Below are positions 8,428-18,649 of a DNA stretch of 57,034 nucleotides, piece by piece (positions within the stretch are counted from its first letter, which is position 1; every line of letters begins with the position of its first letter). The DNA comes from a virus (Duplodnaviria; Caudoviricetes). The translations under genes and the position numbers were made by a program. Location of the stretch: positions 1 to 57,034 of the IMG/VR virus record IMGVR_UViG_3300036886_000048. The stretch is one strand, 5' to 3'. The notes under the pieces were generated by a model, which did no database searches, was not told the DNA's origin, and saw nothing but the letters and a program-made list of their open reading frames with translations.

Positions 8428-10583
8428 GTGTTTATTATCCCGACACGGTTGCAGGAACGGCGCAATCCCAACCTTCCATGCAACAAAACGCTGCCGGGGA
8501 TACTTTTGCTGTTCCTCCGCAAGTACCCAAACAGGGAATGATTCTACCCTATCAGAGTACGGACACTGTTTTATTGTTGGCAGATCGGTACGCCCGTGGA
8601 ATTGAAGGAATGGCTAAGTGGGCGGAAGAAGCAAAGAAATGCACGGACATGACAGAAGGTGCTCAATGGACACCTGAAGCACTGGCCGTATTGGAAGCAC
8701 AGGATCGTAAAGCGTTTAAGTGGAACGAGATTGCTCCAATCGTCCGGTTGGTATTGGGGTATCAGCGCAGTACAAAAACCGATTTGAAGATTACCCCAAG
8801 TTGGCAAGGTTCAGCAACTACTCAGACTGCCGATGCGCTGACCTCTATCCTGAAACAGTTGGCTGAGAATTGCCAGCAATCGTATGTGGATACCGAAGTA
8901 TTCATGGATGGGATTATAACAGGTCGGGGTTTTTATGATGCCCGACTGAATTTTGAAGATAATGAATTGGGTGAAGTTTTCATTACATCCAGTGATCCGT
9001 TTAGTACGATACTTGACCCTGATGGGGATCAATACGACTTGAACGAATTGAATTATATCATTGACGATAGATGGGTTACGATTGACGAAGTCGAATCCGT
9101 GTATGGGCCGGATGCAGGAATGATGCTCAGACCGTTGTTCAGTGCCGCAGGCATGGCTGGATTACCGAATAGTTCTCTCTCTGCCCTTTTACAGACTGCT
9201 GCACCTTGGCGGTATTTTGGCGGTGCAAAAGAAACATTTGGAAGTCGTACACTTGAAAGTTATTATTTGCAATCATATGATCCTGCCAGAAAGAACATCC
9301 GGCTTTTGGATTGTCAGTCTTACGTTCGATGCCGTCGCAGGTACTGGATTGACCTCGAAACTGGACGCAAGGAGCCTGTAGATGATTCGTGGACTCCGCA
9401 ACAAGTTCAAGCCGTGTTGGATTGGAGTAACCAGAAATATCAGGCGATGGGCAAGCAAAGTCCTATCAGGTTGGTGGTAAGACCGGGGAAAAGGATTCGC
9501 TGGACTACGATGGTTGGCGACATTGTGGTTTATGACGGCTGGAGTCCGTACAAAACGTACACCAAGATCGGTTTCTTCCCGTGGTTTCGCCGGGGAAAAA
9601 CGATGGGCATGGTGTCCGACATGATCGAACCTCAAGAGGCTATCAACAAAATGGGCAGTTCTGAAATGGATATTGTTGCCCGTTCCGCAAATAGCGGTTG
9701 GAAATATCACCATGACTCACTTACCGCCGAAGAAAAAGATCGGTTGCAAGAGGAAGGTGCTTCTCCCGGATACAATATGGAATGGAAGGGCAGTGTTCCT
9801 CCAGAACGAATCGAACCCGGTGCGCCTCCCACACAACTAGAACATTTGCAATTAAGGAACAGAGATTCGTTGAAAAGTATTTCGGGAATTAACGATTCTG
9901 CCCTTGGACAAATTGACCGGGTGCAATCAGGTGTAGCGGTGGAAGCCAGACAGCGGCAGTCAGTTATATCTGTTCAGGTATACATGGATAACTTTAGTAG
10001 AAGTAAGGAGTTACTTGGGCGTAAGGAACTCGAACTCATACAGGATCACTACACCGAAACCCGCACGTATCGTCTGATGGGTGATGATGGGAAGAACCAG
10101 CAGGTAACGATCAACGAAAAACTGGAAAGTGGTGAGATTCGGAACGATGTGACGAACGGTGAATACAAGTTTGTTGTGGATGAAACCCCGTTGGCAAAAT
10201 CCTTCGCTTCGGCTCAGTTCGATGAAACAATGAGTTTGATACAGAACGGCGTTTTGAATATCCAGATACCTGCCGTGCGTGACCAGATCATCGACTTGTC
10301 CAGTTTGCCAAACAAAGACCAGTTGAAACAGGCTATTCAACAATGGCAACAGTCTCAGGCTTCTGCAATGCAGTCACAAAACAAACGTCCTCCCTCGGAG
10401 TCTCTCAATTATAAAGATGCACCCGATGATGTGAAACGGCAGATCGAACAACAGGCAGGATTACAACCCTCTCAGTTACAGCCGCAACAGGCCGTGGCAG
10501 GGCAACCGCAAGGTGGCGGGACTCCTACTGCACAACCATCACAACAACCCGCGCAAAACGCGCCTATCGCGGTTCAGGGGTAA
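8424..10583 (+). CDS. portal protein (P22-like)
   Basis: G.QW...N.I.P.V..VLG, DGIITGRG, PQEAINK, SGVAVEARQ; Gln/Pro-rich tail. Confidence 0.9.
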   Translation: MSVYYPDTVAGTAQSQPSMQQNAAGDTFAVPPQVPKQGMILPYQSTDTVLLLADRYARGIEGMAKWAEEAKKCTDMTEGAQWTPEALAVLEAQDRKAFKWNEIAPIVRLVLGYQRSTKTDLKITPSWQGSATTQTADALTSILKQLAENCQQSYVDTEVFMDGIITGRGFYDARLNFEDNELGEVFITSSDPFSTILDPDGDQYDLNELNYIIDDRWVTIDEVESVYGPDAGMMLRPLFSAAGMAGLPNSSLSALLQTAAPWRYFGGAKETFGSRTLESYYLQSYDPARKNIRLLDCQSYVRCRRRYWIDLETGRKEPVDDSWTPQQVQAVLDWSNQKYQAMGKQSPIRLVVRPGKRIRWTTMVGDIVVYDGWSPYKTYTKIGFFPWFRRGKTMGMVSDMIEPQEAINKMGSSEMDIVARSANSGWKYHHDSLTAEEKDRLQEEGASPGYNMEWKGSVPPERIEPGAPPTQLEHLQLRNRDSLKSISGINDSALGQIDRVQSGVAVEARQRQSVISVQVYMDNFSRSKELLGRKELELIQDHYTETRTYRLMGDDGKNQQVTINEKLESGEIRNDVTNGEYKFVVDETPLAKSFASAQFDETMSLIQNGVLNIQIPAVRDQIIDLSSLPNKDQLKQAIQQWQQSQASAMQSQNKRPPSESLNYKDAPDDVKRQIEQQAGLQPSQLQPQQAVAGQPQGGGTPTAQPSQQPAQNAPIAVQG

Positions 10584-10586
10584 ATT

Positions 10587-10706
10587 ATGAAATCCGGACT
10601 TGAAGGATTTGCAGGATTCGCCGGGTGTGTAATCGTAATCATTGCAGCAGTGGTTTTGACGAGTTGCATTTCGCTTTCGTCAATATTTAAGAAAAAATTC
10701 AAATGA
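10587..10706 (+). CDS. 39-aa membrane peptide, possible lipoprotein
   Basis: Hydrophobic stretch ending VLTSC; ATGA overlap with the next gene. Confidence 0.4.
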   Translation: MKSGLEGFAGFAGCVIVIIAAVVLTSCISLSSIFKKKFK

Positions 10707-11242
10707 GCTATCGTAAAAACATAAAGCATTTGCACGATTTACCTGACCATTGGCTTACTGCCCGTGCAGTGGAATGGCTTCTCAGGAACATTAAAACCTG
10801 TTGGTGGATTATGAGTTTTACTGCCGATGGCACACCAGTTTCAGCTTCGTTCGGGAACGGGGTAAGGGGGATTGGAGATAACCCCAACGGTAAAACGTTG
10901 GATGGAAAAGATGCCAAACTGAAAACTTGGCATCCTCCAATTGAAAAACAACAGTTCGCCAAAGAGATATGCGAATATCTTAATCTGTCATGTAATGGCG
11001 GCGGGGCATGGATGGCCGGATGGGTTGACCTCACAGTTGAACAGGCGTTTTACTTAATTTGGAAAGACTTCGATGGAGATATACAACTGGACATCGAGTT
11101 TCCGCAGTCGTCCGACGAACTGATGAACAAATGGAATCCTGATAGTTTTGTAAATTTAGCACTGACTGCCATTGAAACTTGGCAAGAACAACGAGTAGCA
11201 CTTGCACTCAGGCCGGATCAAATAACATCGTTAGCACACTAA
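10703..11242 (+). CDS. hypothetical protein
   Basis: 179-aa ORF in operon. Confidence 0.7.
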   Translation: MSYRKNIKHLHDLPDHWLTARAVEWLLRNIKTCWWIMSFTADGTPVSASFGNGVRGIGDNPNGKTLDGKDAKLKTWHPPIEKQQFAKEICEYLNLSCNGGGAWMAGWVDLTVEQAFYLIWKDFDGDIQLDIEFPQSSDELMNKWNPDSFVNLALTAIETWQEQRVALALRPDQITSLAH

Positions 11243-11243
11243 A

Positions 11244-11771
11244 ATGACAATCTGGATTAAGTTGATTATTTTCTTGGCGATTATTGCCGTTGCGTCAGGA
11301 ACCGCATGGCATCTCAGAGGTATTGAAGCGGATCGGGACATAGGCGTTTTAAAACAGCAAGTTCAAGGCGAGATAATCAAACAGCAAGATTTGGTCGCAA
11401 AATATACTCAAACTTTACAGATAGTTGCAAACGGTGTGGAGGAACAAACCAATGTTGATACAAAAAAACACAATGCTGAAATTGCTTATTATAAGCAGCT
11501 TGTCAATCAGTCTGGAGGCTTGTACGACAACGGCACTTCCGTCCGTAAAGGGGATAGTGCAACTGCCGGAAATTCCGGTAGCGATAACCCAACCTCCAGC
11601 GGGACAGGACTTCCAGAAATCGTTGATCGACCACTTTCAGAAGAAAACACTGCCTTCCTCCTCGACCAAGCAAACAAAGCCGACAGAGTCGTTGACCAAT
11701 ACCTCACCTGTCAACAATACGTCAAAAAATTAACAGATTTTTCTAAACTGCATCAAGGGGACCCGAAATGA
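11244..11771 (+). CDS. Rz-like spanin
   Basis: N-terminal TM, coiled coil, LS..FL...A.KAD.V...CQ.Y tail. Confidence 0.65.
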   Translation: MTIWIKLIIFLAIIAVASGTAWHLRGIEADRDIGVLKQQVQGEIIKQQDLVAKYTQTLQIVANGVEEQTNVDTKKHNAEIAYYKQLVNQSGGLYDNGTSVRKGDSATAGNSGSDNPTSSGTGLPEIVDRPLSEENTAFLLDQANKADRVVDQYLTCQQYVKKLTDFSKLHQGDPK

Positions 11772-12058
11772 AAGAAATGAATTGCAAGCAATGCAAAGAC
11801 AAGGGCGCAGACGAATCCGCAAAACACGAAGGAACCGAATCCAAAAAGGTTGAGGCCGGAGAACCTGCTGAACCGGGTGATCCTAAAAAGAACTGGATTG
11901 CCGGAGCCATTGGAAAACCGGGTGCGCTTCATACCCAAATGGGTGTTCCTTCCGGGGAAAAAATTCCAACCGGAAAACTGGATGCCGCTGCAAAGAATAA
12001 AGGATTGTTGGGTAAACGCGCACGGTTGGCGATTATCCTGAGTAAGTTTCATCACTAA
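11768..12058 (+). CDS. small basic phage protein
   Basis: KNWIAGAIGKPGALH...GEKIP...GKRARLA. Confidence 0.7.
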   Translation: MKEMNCKQCKDKGADESAKHEGTESKKVEAGEPAEPGDPKKNWIAGAIGKPGALHTQMGVPSGEKIPTGKLDAAAKNKGLLGKRARLAIILSKFHH

Positions 12059-12188
12059 GTTTGGCGGAAGGCATTCCGCGAACGTGTCGCCTACGTTAAA
12101 GGGCGTATGAGAACCGAACTCTAAATCGGGAAAACCAGTCGCCGTGGTAATCCGGGCGTGTCGTTAGTCTATCGAAAAGGACAAGAAA

Positions 12189-13211
12189 ATGCCTCAAGAA
12201 CTATCACCAGAAGAAGTAGCGTTGCAGGAGTCTACAGCAGCTTTAGCAAAAGAGGAAGCGGATCGTTTGGCAAAAACCGATGAAAAATTCGGGGATCAGT
12301 CGAAACAATCAGCACAGGTTGCGGAAGCAAAGATTGAAGAAACCAAAACCGAGCCAGTAGAAGTAAACATAGGCGAAACCGAATCTGTTGCAAAAGTAGT
12401 TGAAAAACAACGTGGCAATCCCGTCGATGCAATCGTGGCTTTACGCAAGCAATTGCAAGAGGAACGTGAGCAAAGAATCTTGGTACAAGGACAAAATCAA
12501 GTTCTGTCCCAAGTATTGCAATCGGGAGGACAACCCCAACAACAGCAACAACGAGTTGATCCGGCAGTATTGCTGAACCAGATCGAAGATGCCAAGTTGG
12601 AAGCGGCAGACAAGGTGGACAAAGGCGAGTTGACCGTCCGTGAATATGAGCAAACCCGTTCGCAACTCGAACGCAATGCCCGTCAGATCGAACAGCAACT
12701 TTACTTGGAGCAACAGTCGAGACAACAACCTGTGCAAGTAGCGAAACAAGATGATTTGTATCTCGCCCAACAGACTGAGGAACTGGCTAATGCGTATCCT
12801 TTCTTGGAGGAATTATCTGCCGATGATTTGGAACCTTTTCACCAACTTGCTTTGCGGCAGGCTGTAAAAGAGGGAAACCCGATTCAGTCAGGGCCACTCG
12901 AAACACTGCGACTACGTACACTGATGGTGCAACTTGCGGCAAAAGTGTATCAACCTGAGGAAACGAAAGCCGCTGCAAGTGTGACACAACCGAGTTCTGC
13001 CGATGCCCAAAAAGCGTTAGATGCAAAACTGGCCATGCAAGCGACAATGCCCCCGGACACTAGCAAACTAGGTAGCGGAAGTTCAGCCGCAGGAATGACA
13101 GAAGCAGAATTGGAACGCAGGTTGACTGCACCCAATTTGACTGACGCGCAAGCGGAAGCGTTGCTCTCCAGCATTTCCCCGGCACTCCGCGAAAAACTGA
13201 GCATACGTTAA
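12189..13211 (+). CDS. capsid scaffolding protein
   Basis: Acidic, Gln-rich coiled coil directly upstream of the capsid gene. Confidence 0.75.
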   Translation: MPQELSPEEVALQESTAALAKEEADRLAKTDEKFGDQSKQSAQVAEAKIEETKTEPVEVNIGETESVAKVVEKQRGNPVDAIVALRKQLQEEREQRILVQGQNQVLSQVLQSGGQPQQQQQRVDPAVLLNQIEDAKLEAADKVDKGELTVREYEQTRSQLERNARQIEQQLYLEQQSRQQPVQVAKQDDLYLAQQTEELANAYPFLEELSADDLEPFHQLALRQAVKEGNPIQSGPLETLRLRTLMVQLAAKVYQPEETKAAASVTQPSSADAQKALDAKLAMQATMPPDTSKLGSGSSAAGMTEAELERRLTAPNLTDAQAEALLSSISPALREKLSIR

Positions 13212-13244
13212 GTGTGCTTGTAATTTAAACGATAGGAGAATAAC

Positions 13245-14354
13245 ATGGGCTTTACTGCATTTGGCGCGTTGAGTGCCTTGCAAAAAAGAGTCTGGTTGGA
13301 TCAAGTCTCTGTTCAGGGTCGTCACCGTGCCTTCTGGCTGGCGAACGGCTTTGTAAGCAATGACGAAACCAACACAGGCTTGCCTGTTACGAAAGTTACC
13401 AAACTGAATGAAACTGAGCGCGGGACAGAAGCGGTTATGCCGTTGATTCCTGACTTGGATATTAACTCAGGTGTGGTTGGTGACAACCGTTTGGAAGGGA
13501 ACGAAGCCGTACTTGGCGCAGATTCCCAAACCATTCGTATTGACCAACTTCGTAATGGTGTGAAATCAAAAGGGGCGATGGCTGAACAGGAAACTGTTAT
13601 CCAGTTTCGCGCACAAGCACAGGACAAACTGGCATTTTGGCTGGCTGACGTTAAGGACGAACTGATGTTCTTGACCGTGGCTGGACGTGCCTATACCCTG
13701 ACAACTGGTGGCGCAACTCGCGGTACATCGCAATTGTCAAGTTTGAAATTTGCCAACGACGTTGTTGCAGCTTCCACTCACCGTATTATTTACGGTGGTG
13801 CAGCTACAACCGAAGGAACCCTGACAGCGGCAGACACTATGACATGGAATCTGGTTGTGAAATCGGCAGCGTTTGCAAAACGCAAAGCCATACAGCCTAT
13901 CCGTCAAGGTGGACGTGAATATTATGCAATCGTAATGTCCACAGAGCAAATGCGCGACTTGGTTCAATCTGCCGATTACAAGGCAATTGTGTCTCAAGCC
14001 GAAGCGCGTGGTTCCGACAATCCTCTGTTCGCAAATGCGAAAGTGGTCATTCAAGGTGTTGTGTTGTATGAACACCAAAAAGTGTATCACACTCTGGATG
14101 GTACAGGTTGGGGTGCAGCTAATGCAATCCACGGCGCACAAGCAGTTCTTCTGGGGGCGCAAGCACTCGGTATCTGTGAATTGCGTGGGAAAGCACAAAT
14201 GGCAGAATCCGATAACACCGACTACGGCAATCAGCCGGGTATTGCGATCAAGAATATCTTCGGTATTCTGAAACCGCAGTTTAAATCGAAATACGATAGC
14301 AATGCAGTTGAAGATGCCGCAGTAGTTAGCATCAAAACCGCTGCTGCCGCCTAA
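13245..14354 (+). CDS. major capsid protein (N4 gp56/DUF4043-like)
   Basis: GVVGDNRLEGNE, IDQLRNGV, NPLF, LLGAQAL, DYGN. Confidence 0.9.
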   Translation: MGFTAFGALSALQKRVWLDQVSVQGRHRAFWLANGFVSNDETNTGLPVTKVTKLNETERGTEAVMPLIPDLDINSGVVGDNRLEGNEAVLGADSQTIRIDQLRNGVKSKGAMAEQETVIQFRAQAQDKLAFWLADVKDELMFLTVAGRAYTLTTGGATRGTSQLSSLKFANDVVAASTHRIIYGGAATTEGTLTAADTMTWNLVVKSAAFAKRKAIQPIRQGGREYYAIVMSTEQMRDLVQSADYKAIVSQAEARGSDNPLFANAKVVIQGVVLYEHQKVYHTLDGTGWGAANAIHGAQAVLLGAQALGICELRGKAQMAESDNTDYGNQPGIAIKNIFGILKPQFKSKYDSNAVEDAAVVSIKTAAAA

Positions 14355-14369
14355 TAGGAGGAAACGAAA

Positions 14370-15062
14370 ATGTCGCAATTTGAACGTGTAAGTTTCCAAC
14401 TGTATGACCAAGACGGTATTGCAATCAATGCAACTGGCGGTCAGGTACAAGTAAACACTGTATCTACCTGTCATAAGGCGACACTGTATGACAAAAATGG
14501 GGTTGCAGCAACTAACCCTGTTACGTTGTCCACAGGTGGTGCGGAATTCTACGTTTTGAGTTCTGTATCCACGGTTGACCTTTACATTGACGCGCCTCAC
14601 GGTCAGTACGCAGTAAAAAAAGGCGTAGTTGTAGGCGGTTCTTACAACTACAAAGTCAACACTAACGAAAAACAGCAAGTGTATGTGATACCTTTCAGTA
14701 TTACTGACGCCGCTGCGACTGTCGAACATGATACAGGGGTTGTTCTTCCTGCCCATGCTCAAGTTGGTTCCAAGTACCAAGGTGCAACAATCCGTACCGT
14801 GACGCTTGAATCTGGCAAAACAATCGACGTTGGCACACTCTCTAGTCAAGCTGGAGGCGATGCAAACGGTTACGTCAATGCCAATTCGTTGACAAATGCT
14901 GCACAGTTGATTATCACGGAAGGTGCGTTATACACAACCGCAGGCGAAGCCGCGTTTGTTGATACCAATCCTGCTGCTGTAAATATCTCGTATACCTTGA
15001 GTTCTGCTACCAGTGTTGCGGAAGGGTTCATCATTCTTCCTGTGATTTTGGAAACAGCATAA
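14370..15062 (+). CDS. putative capsid decoration/minor structural protein
   Basis: Directly follows the capsid gene; AGGAGG RBS. Confidence 0.6.
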   Translation: MSQFERVSFQLYDQDGIAINATGGQVQVNTVSTCHKATLYDKNGVAATNPVTLSTGGAEFYVLSSVSTVDLYIDAPHGQYAVKKGVVVGGSYNYKVNTNEKQQVYVIPFSITDAAATVEHDTGVVLPAHAQVGSKYQGATIRTVTLESGKTIDVGTLSSQAGGDANGYVNANSLTNAAQLIITEGALYTTAGEAAFVDTNPAAVNISYTLSSATSVAEGFIILPVILETA

Positions 15063-15066
15063 AAGG

Positions 15067-15095
15067 TTGACTTGATAGGTAATTTGTGATACAAT
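15067..15095 (+). promoter_or_regulatory. sigma70-type promoter
   Basis: TTGACT-17-TACAAT. Confidence 0.65.
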
Positions 15096-15150
15096 GCAGG
15101 GGTAGTATTGAGAAGTATTATCTCTGCATTTAACCACAAGGAGTTTAACT

Positions 15151-15642
15151 ATGGAACAAGTACAAAACAAAGAAGATGTTGGATACGTCATTGATACGCT
15201 TGCCGTTGCTGATAAACGTATTCACAAGATACCTGTCTCTTTTGACAGTCAGAACAAACCCGTTTCGTTCAAACATTATAGTTTGAGCGCGAACGAGGAA
15301 ACAGAAATGCCGATAAATCATGCCATGTATTTCTTGGTGGATAGTGCATTTATCGTAAAAGATGGAAACAAGGTAGTTCTCAAAGCTCTCGCCAATCAAG
15401 AGCAGGCGACCCACATAGCGATACCGGAAGGATTCGTGCTGGCTGAGTATTCGGAACTGAACCGTGACGCCTTAGTGACCCGCTGCAAGGTCTTGCCGGG
15501 GTCGGCACACATCCATCCTGTAAAAACCAAAGTGGACGAGTTGATTGCTTTTTTGAAATCGGCTCAACCAGTTGTTGCGGATACAAAAAAGTTCGATGAA
15601 GTCGGAATAACGGCTCTCGACAAAATGTTCGGTGACGCATAA
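15151..15642 (+). CDS. hypothetical protein
   Basis: AAGGAG RBS. Confidence 0.7.
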   Translation: MEQVQNKEDVGYVIDTLAVADKRIHKIPVSFDSQNKPVSFKHYSLSANEETEMPINHAMYFLVDSAFIVKDGNKVVLKALANQEQATHIAIPEGFVLAEYSELNRDALVTRCKVLPGSAHIHPVKTKVDELIAFLKSAQPVVADTKKFDEVGITALDKMFGDA

Positions 15643-15652
15643 TGAATGACGG

Positions 15653-16384
15653 GTGGAAAGAGTGAGTGCCAAGTTTAAAGTGGCGGAAATAGCCGAACTT
15701 GCATTGGGCAAGATCGGGGCGTTTACCGTTGCGATGGTAGCAGCCGATCCCGATGAAATGGTTCGAACCGTCAAATGGATGGATATTGTGGTAGCCGAAC
15801 TGGTCGGAACAAACCGGGCGTATTGGCTTACCCCTCAAAGTGTGACAGCCGTTTTAACAGCGGCTGTTCCCACATATACACTTTCAACACTGTTGGGAAC
15901 GAGTTACCCGGCAGACGGGATACAATTCCCTACACAGGCGTTTATCGTGGACGCGGCTGGTTCTTCAAACGAAGTCGAACTTATTTCACGACAGGCATAT
16001 GAGAGAATCGACACAAAAACTGACGTAGGTTCCCCTACGAAGATTTACATTGATCGACTCAATGACACACAAAAAATTTCAGTGTATCCAGTTCCTTCTG
16101 ACGGAACACTGAGTTTGCGTTTGGTATTCCAAACTTTCGCTACAAACTTGACAGAAGGAACACCTGAGTTTGGTGGTAATGTTCGTCATGGTTTTTCTGT
16201 CGAATGGCAAAAATGGTTGATTACTGCAACTGCTGCCGAAATTGGAAATGGCCCGGTTCGTAGATTGCCGTTGCAGGAAGTTCACGACATGAAACAGGAT
16301 GCGTCAATCTCATTGCTTACCCTTATCAATTATTCAAACACTCAAAAAACTACAACACCCAAACGAACCAAGGGGATGATTTAA
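15653..16384 (+). CDS. head-tail adaptor protein
   Basis: ALGKIG N-terminus; G.P...Y...VYPVP motif. Confidence 0.7.
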   Translation: MERVSAKFKVAEIAELALGKIGAFTVAMVAADPDEMVRTVKWMDIVVAELVGTNRAYWLTPQSVTAVLTAAVPTYTLSTLLGTSYPADGIQFPTQAFIVDAAGSSNEVELISRQAYERIDTKTDVGSPTKIYIDRLNDTQKISVYPVPSDGTLSLRLVFQTFATNLTEGTPEFGGNVRHGFSVEWQKWLITATAAEIGNGPVRRLPLQEVHDMKQDASISLLTLINYSNTQKTTTPKRTKGMI

Positions 16385-18525
16385 TGACTACCGCTTATTC
16401 GATTAACGAATTCTCGTTGGCAAATAAACTGTACCGAAACAGCGATGTTACATTTTACACTATTTCTGGAGGTGTAAAGACAACCACCAAGGCCGTTTTG
16501 TATGCTGACTCTACTGCTACGACAGTGTTACGTAACCCTCAAACGCTGGATACTGAGGGAAAATTTGTTCAATCAGTTTTTGTTACGGTTCCAGTAATTG
16601 CAACTATTTCAGGTTTAACATTCCCGGATCACGATACTGGAATAAACACAAATTCGATTTTTGTGGTTGCGACAGACAAAGGATTGACTGACGCCGATGT
16701 GGTTCTCACTCACGCTGATGTAGTTCTTACCCACGCAGATGTAGTTTTGACGCAAGCCGATGTTGTAACTGCTACAACCCAAGCTGGACTTGCTACAACC
16801 CAAGTTGGACTTGCTACAACAAACGGGGCAGCGCAAGTAGTTCTGGCAACCGCACAGGCGGTCATTGCCACGAATGAAGCAGGCACGGCTACAACTCAAG
16901 CTGGTATTGCAACTACCCAAGCTGGACTTGCTACAACAAACGGGGCAGCGCAGGTTGTATTGGCAACGACTCAGGCAGGAAACGCTTTGACTTCTGCCAA
17001 TAACGCTGCAACGAGTGAAACGAACGCACTGAACTATGCAAATAGACTGACAGGCACTTCGACTACCACGTTGACTCCTGCAATCGCTTCCAAAGTATTC
17101 ACGACGCAGGCAGGGAAAGATTTTGATGTAGGAACTACAATTTTTGCAGTATCTGCTGCCGACCCTACAATTTGGATGTTCGGCGATGTCACAGGCTACG
17201 CAACAACGACACTAACCGTGAACGTGACTGTTATTGGAACTGCGTCTTCAAAAGCTGACTGGAACATTTATGGCAGGGCTGGAATTCGTGGCGCAACTGG
17301 CGCAACCGGAGCGGCAGGCTCAATTCCAATCGCAAGTGGGGCTGGAACAGTTGACGCAATAACTGCGAACTTTACACCCGATATTGCTTTGGCTGACATG
17401 CAATTATGTACGGTTGTGTCAAGCGGAGCCAATACCTCAACAACGCCCACATTTGCGCCTGACGGATTAACCGCACACACAATCACTACCCGTGGTGGTG
17501 CAGCATTAGTCGCCGGGGATATTGGTCCTGCCGGATTCGTTGGAATTTACGAATACAACTTATCAAATACCAGATGGGAATTATTGAATCCTGCAAAAAC
17601 CCTCGTTGCCCGTGTAACTGTAGCATCCCACGCAACAACCGCAGACATTTGGGGTGCTGCCGGGAACCAAATCGACTGGACAGGTACAGCAACTACAACA
17701 GCATTCCCTAACGCGCCACAAGCGGGGGTGGAACGTGTGCTGATATGCGCAGGGGCTTGCTCGTTCACAGCCGGAGCAAACATGCTGATAGATGGTGTGG
17801 CTTCAACAGCAACAGTGACCTGCGCAGTAAATGACCAAGTAATTGTTAGGGCCGTGTCAACAACCCAGTTCAAACTAAGTAGGATCAAATATGATGGAAC
17901 ACCTCAAGTATCTTCTAGCGTGTTTCCTGATGGAATTACATGGACAAGTCGAACCAGTGCTGCCGATAATAGTTGGCGTAGTGTAACTTACGGAAACGGC
18001 TTGTTTGTCGCTGTGAGCGCTGATGGAACAGGCAATCGTGTAATGACCTCTCCAGATGGAATTACATGGACAATCCGATCAAGTGCTGTTGATAACATGT
18101 GGCTTAGTGTAACTTACGGAAACGGCTTGTTTGTCGCTGTGAGTTCTGATGGAACAGGCAATCATGTAATGACCAGTGGAGTACCTTTGCTAGATACTTT
18201 ACGATGCCCATCAGTAACTGTGCCAACACGAACCTTAAATACAACATACGCAAACACTAGTGGTAGGAGCATTCTAGTCACAACAACATTTCGGTGTGCA
18301 GTAACTACATTAAACGGGAACGCTTATGCTATTGCAAAGGCAGCCCAAGCATCACCTCCAACAACTGCAATAAGTGGAAATGTTGGAATTCAAACGGGAT
18401 TGCTCAATGAAGATGCCACATTTCAATTATGTTTTGTGGTTGTTCCGGGACTTAATTACAGAGTGGATTCTGTAGCAACTAACGGAACGGTAACACTAGG
18501 CTCGTGGTTTGAGTACGCTTATTAA
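16384..18525 (+). CDS. tail fibre protein
   Basis: NPQTLD anchor domain, Ala/Thr repeats, short collagen-like GATGATG, duplicated DGITWT/YGNGLFVAV blades. Confidence 0.8.
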   Translation: MTTAYSINEFSLANKLYRNSDVTFYTISGGVKTTTKAVLYADSTATTVLRNPQTLDTEGKFVQSVFVTVPVIATISGLTFPDHDTGINTNSIFVVATDKGLTDADVVLTHADVVLTHADVVLTQADVVTATTQAGLATTQVGLATTNGAAQVVLATAQAVIATNEAGTATTQAGIATTQAGLATTNGAAQVVLATTQAGNALTSANNAATSETNALNYANRLTGTSTTTLTPAIASKVFTTQAGKDFDVGTTIFAVSAADPTIWMFGDVTGYATTTLTVNVTVIGTASSKADWNIYGRAGIRGATGATGAAGSIPIASGAGTVDAITANFTPDIALADMQLCTVVSSGANTSTTPTFAPDGLTAHTITTRGGAALVAGDIGPAGFVGIYEYNLSNTRWELLNPAKTLVARVTVASHATTADIWGAAGNQIDWTGTATTTAFPNAPQAGVERVLICAGACSFTAGANMLIDGVASTATVTCAVNDQVIVRAVSTTQFKLSRIKYDGTPQVSSSVFPDGITWTSRTSAADNSWRSVTYGNGLFVAVSADGTGNRVMTSPDGITWTIRSSAVDNMWLSVTYGNGLFVAVSSDGTGNHVMTSGVPLLDTLRCPSVTVPTRTLNTTYANTSGRSILVTTTFRCAVTTLNGNAYAIAKAAQASPPTTAISGNVGIQTGLLNEDATFQLCFVVVPGLNYRVDSVATNGTVTLGSWFEYAY

Positions 18526-18568
18526 TTAAGGCAAACACAAATGATCCAGACCGCCACAACCAGTATCA

Positions 18569-18640
18569 GCTAATGGTGCGACTGGAACCAACGGCGGCCC
18601 CGGCGGAGAGAGCTACGCAATGATTCAATACAACGCATAA
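18569..18640 (+). pseudogene. orphan Gly-rich C-terminal remnant of another fibre gene
   Basis: ANGATGTNGGPGGESYAMIQYNA* with no in-frame start (stop at 18542). Confidence 0.45.
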
Positions 18641-18649
18641 GGATAAATC

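Noticed and set aside
13737-14849. 370-aa antisense ORF
   Set aside because: Shadow of the codon-biased capsid genes; no motifs or RBS.
17927-18175. DGR template/variable repeat pair
   Set aside because: No reverse transcriptase; both copies are tandem and in-frame within one gene.
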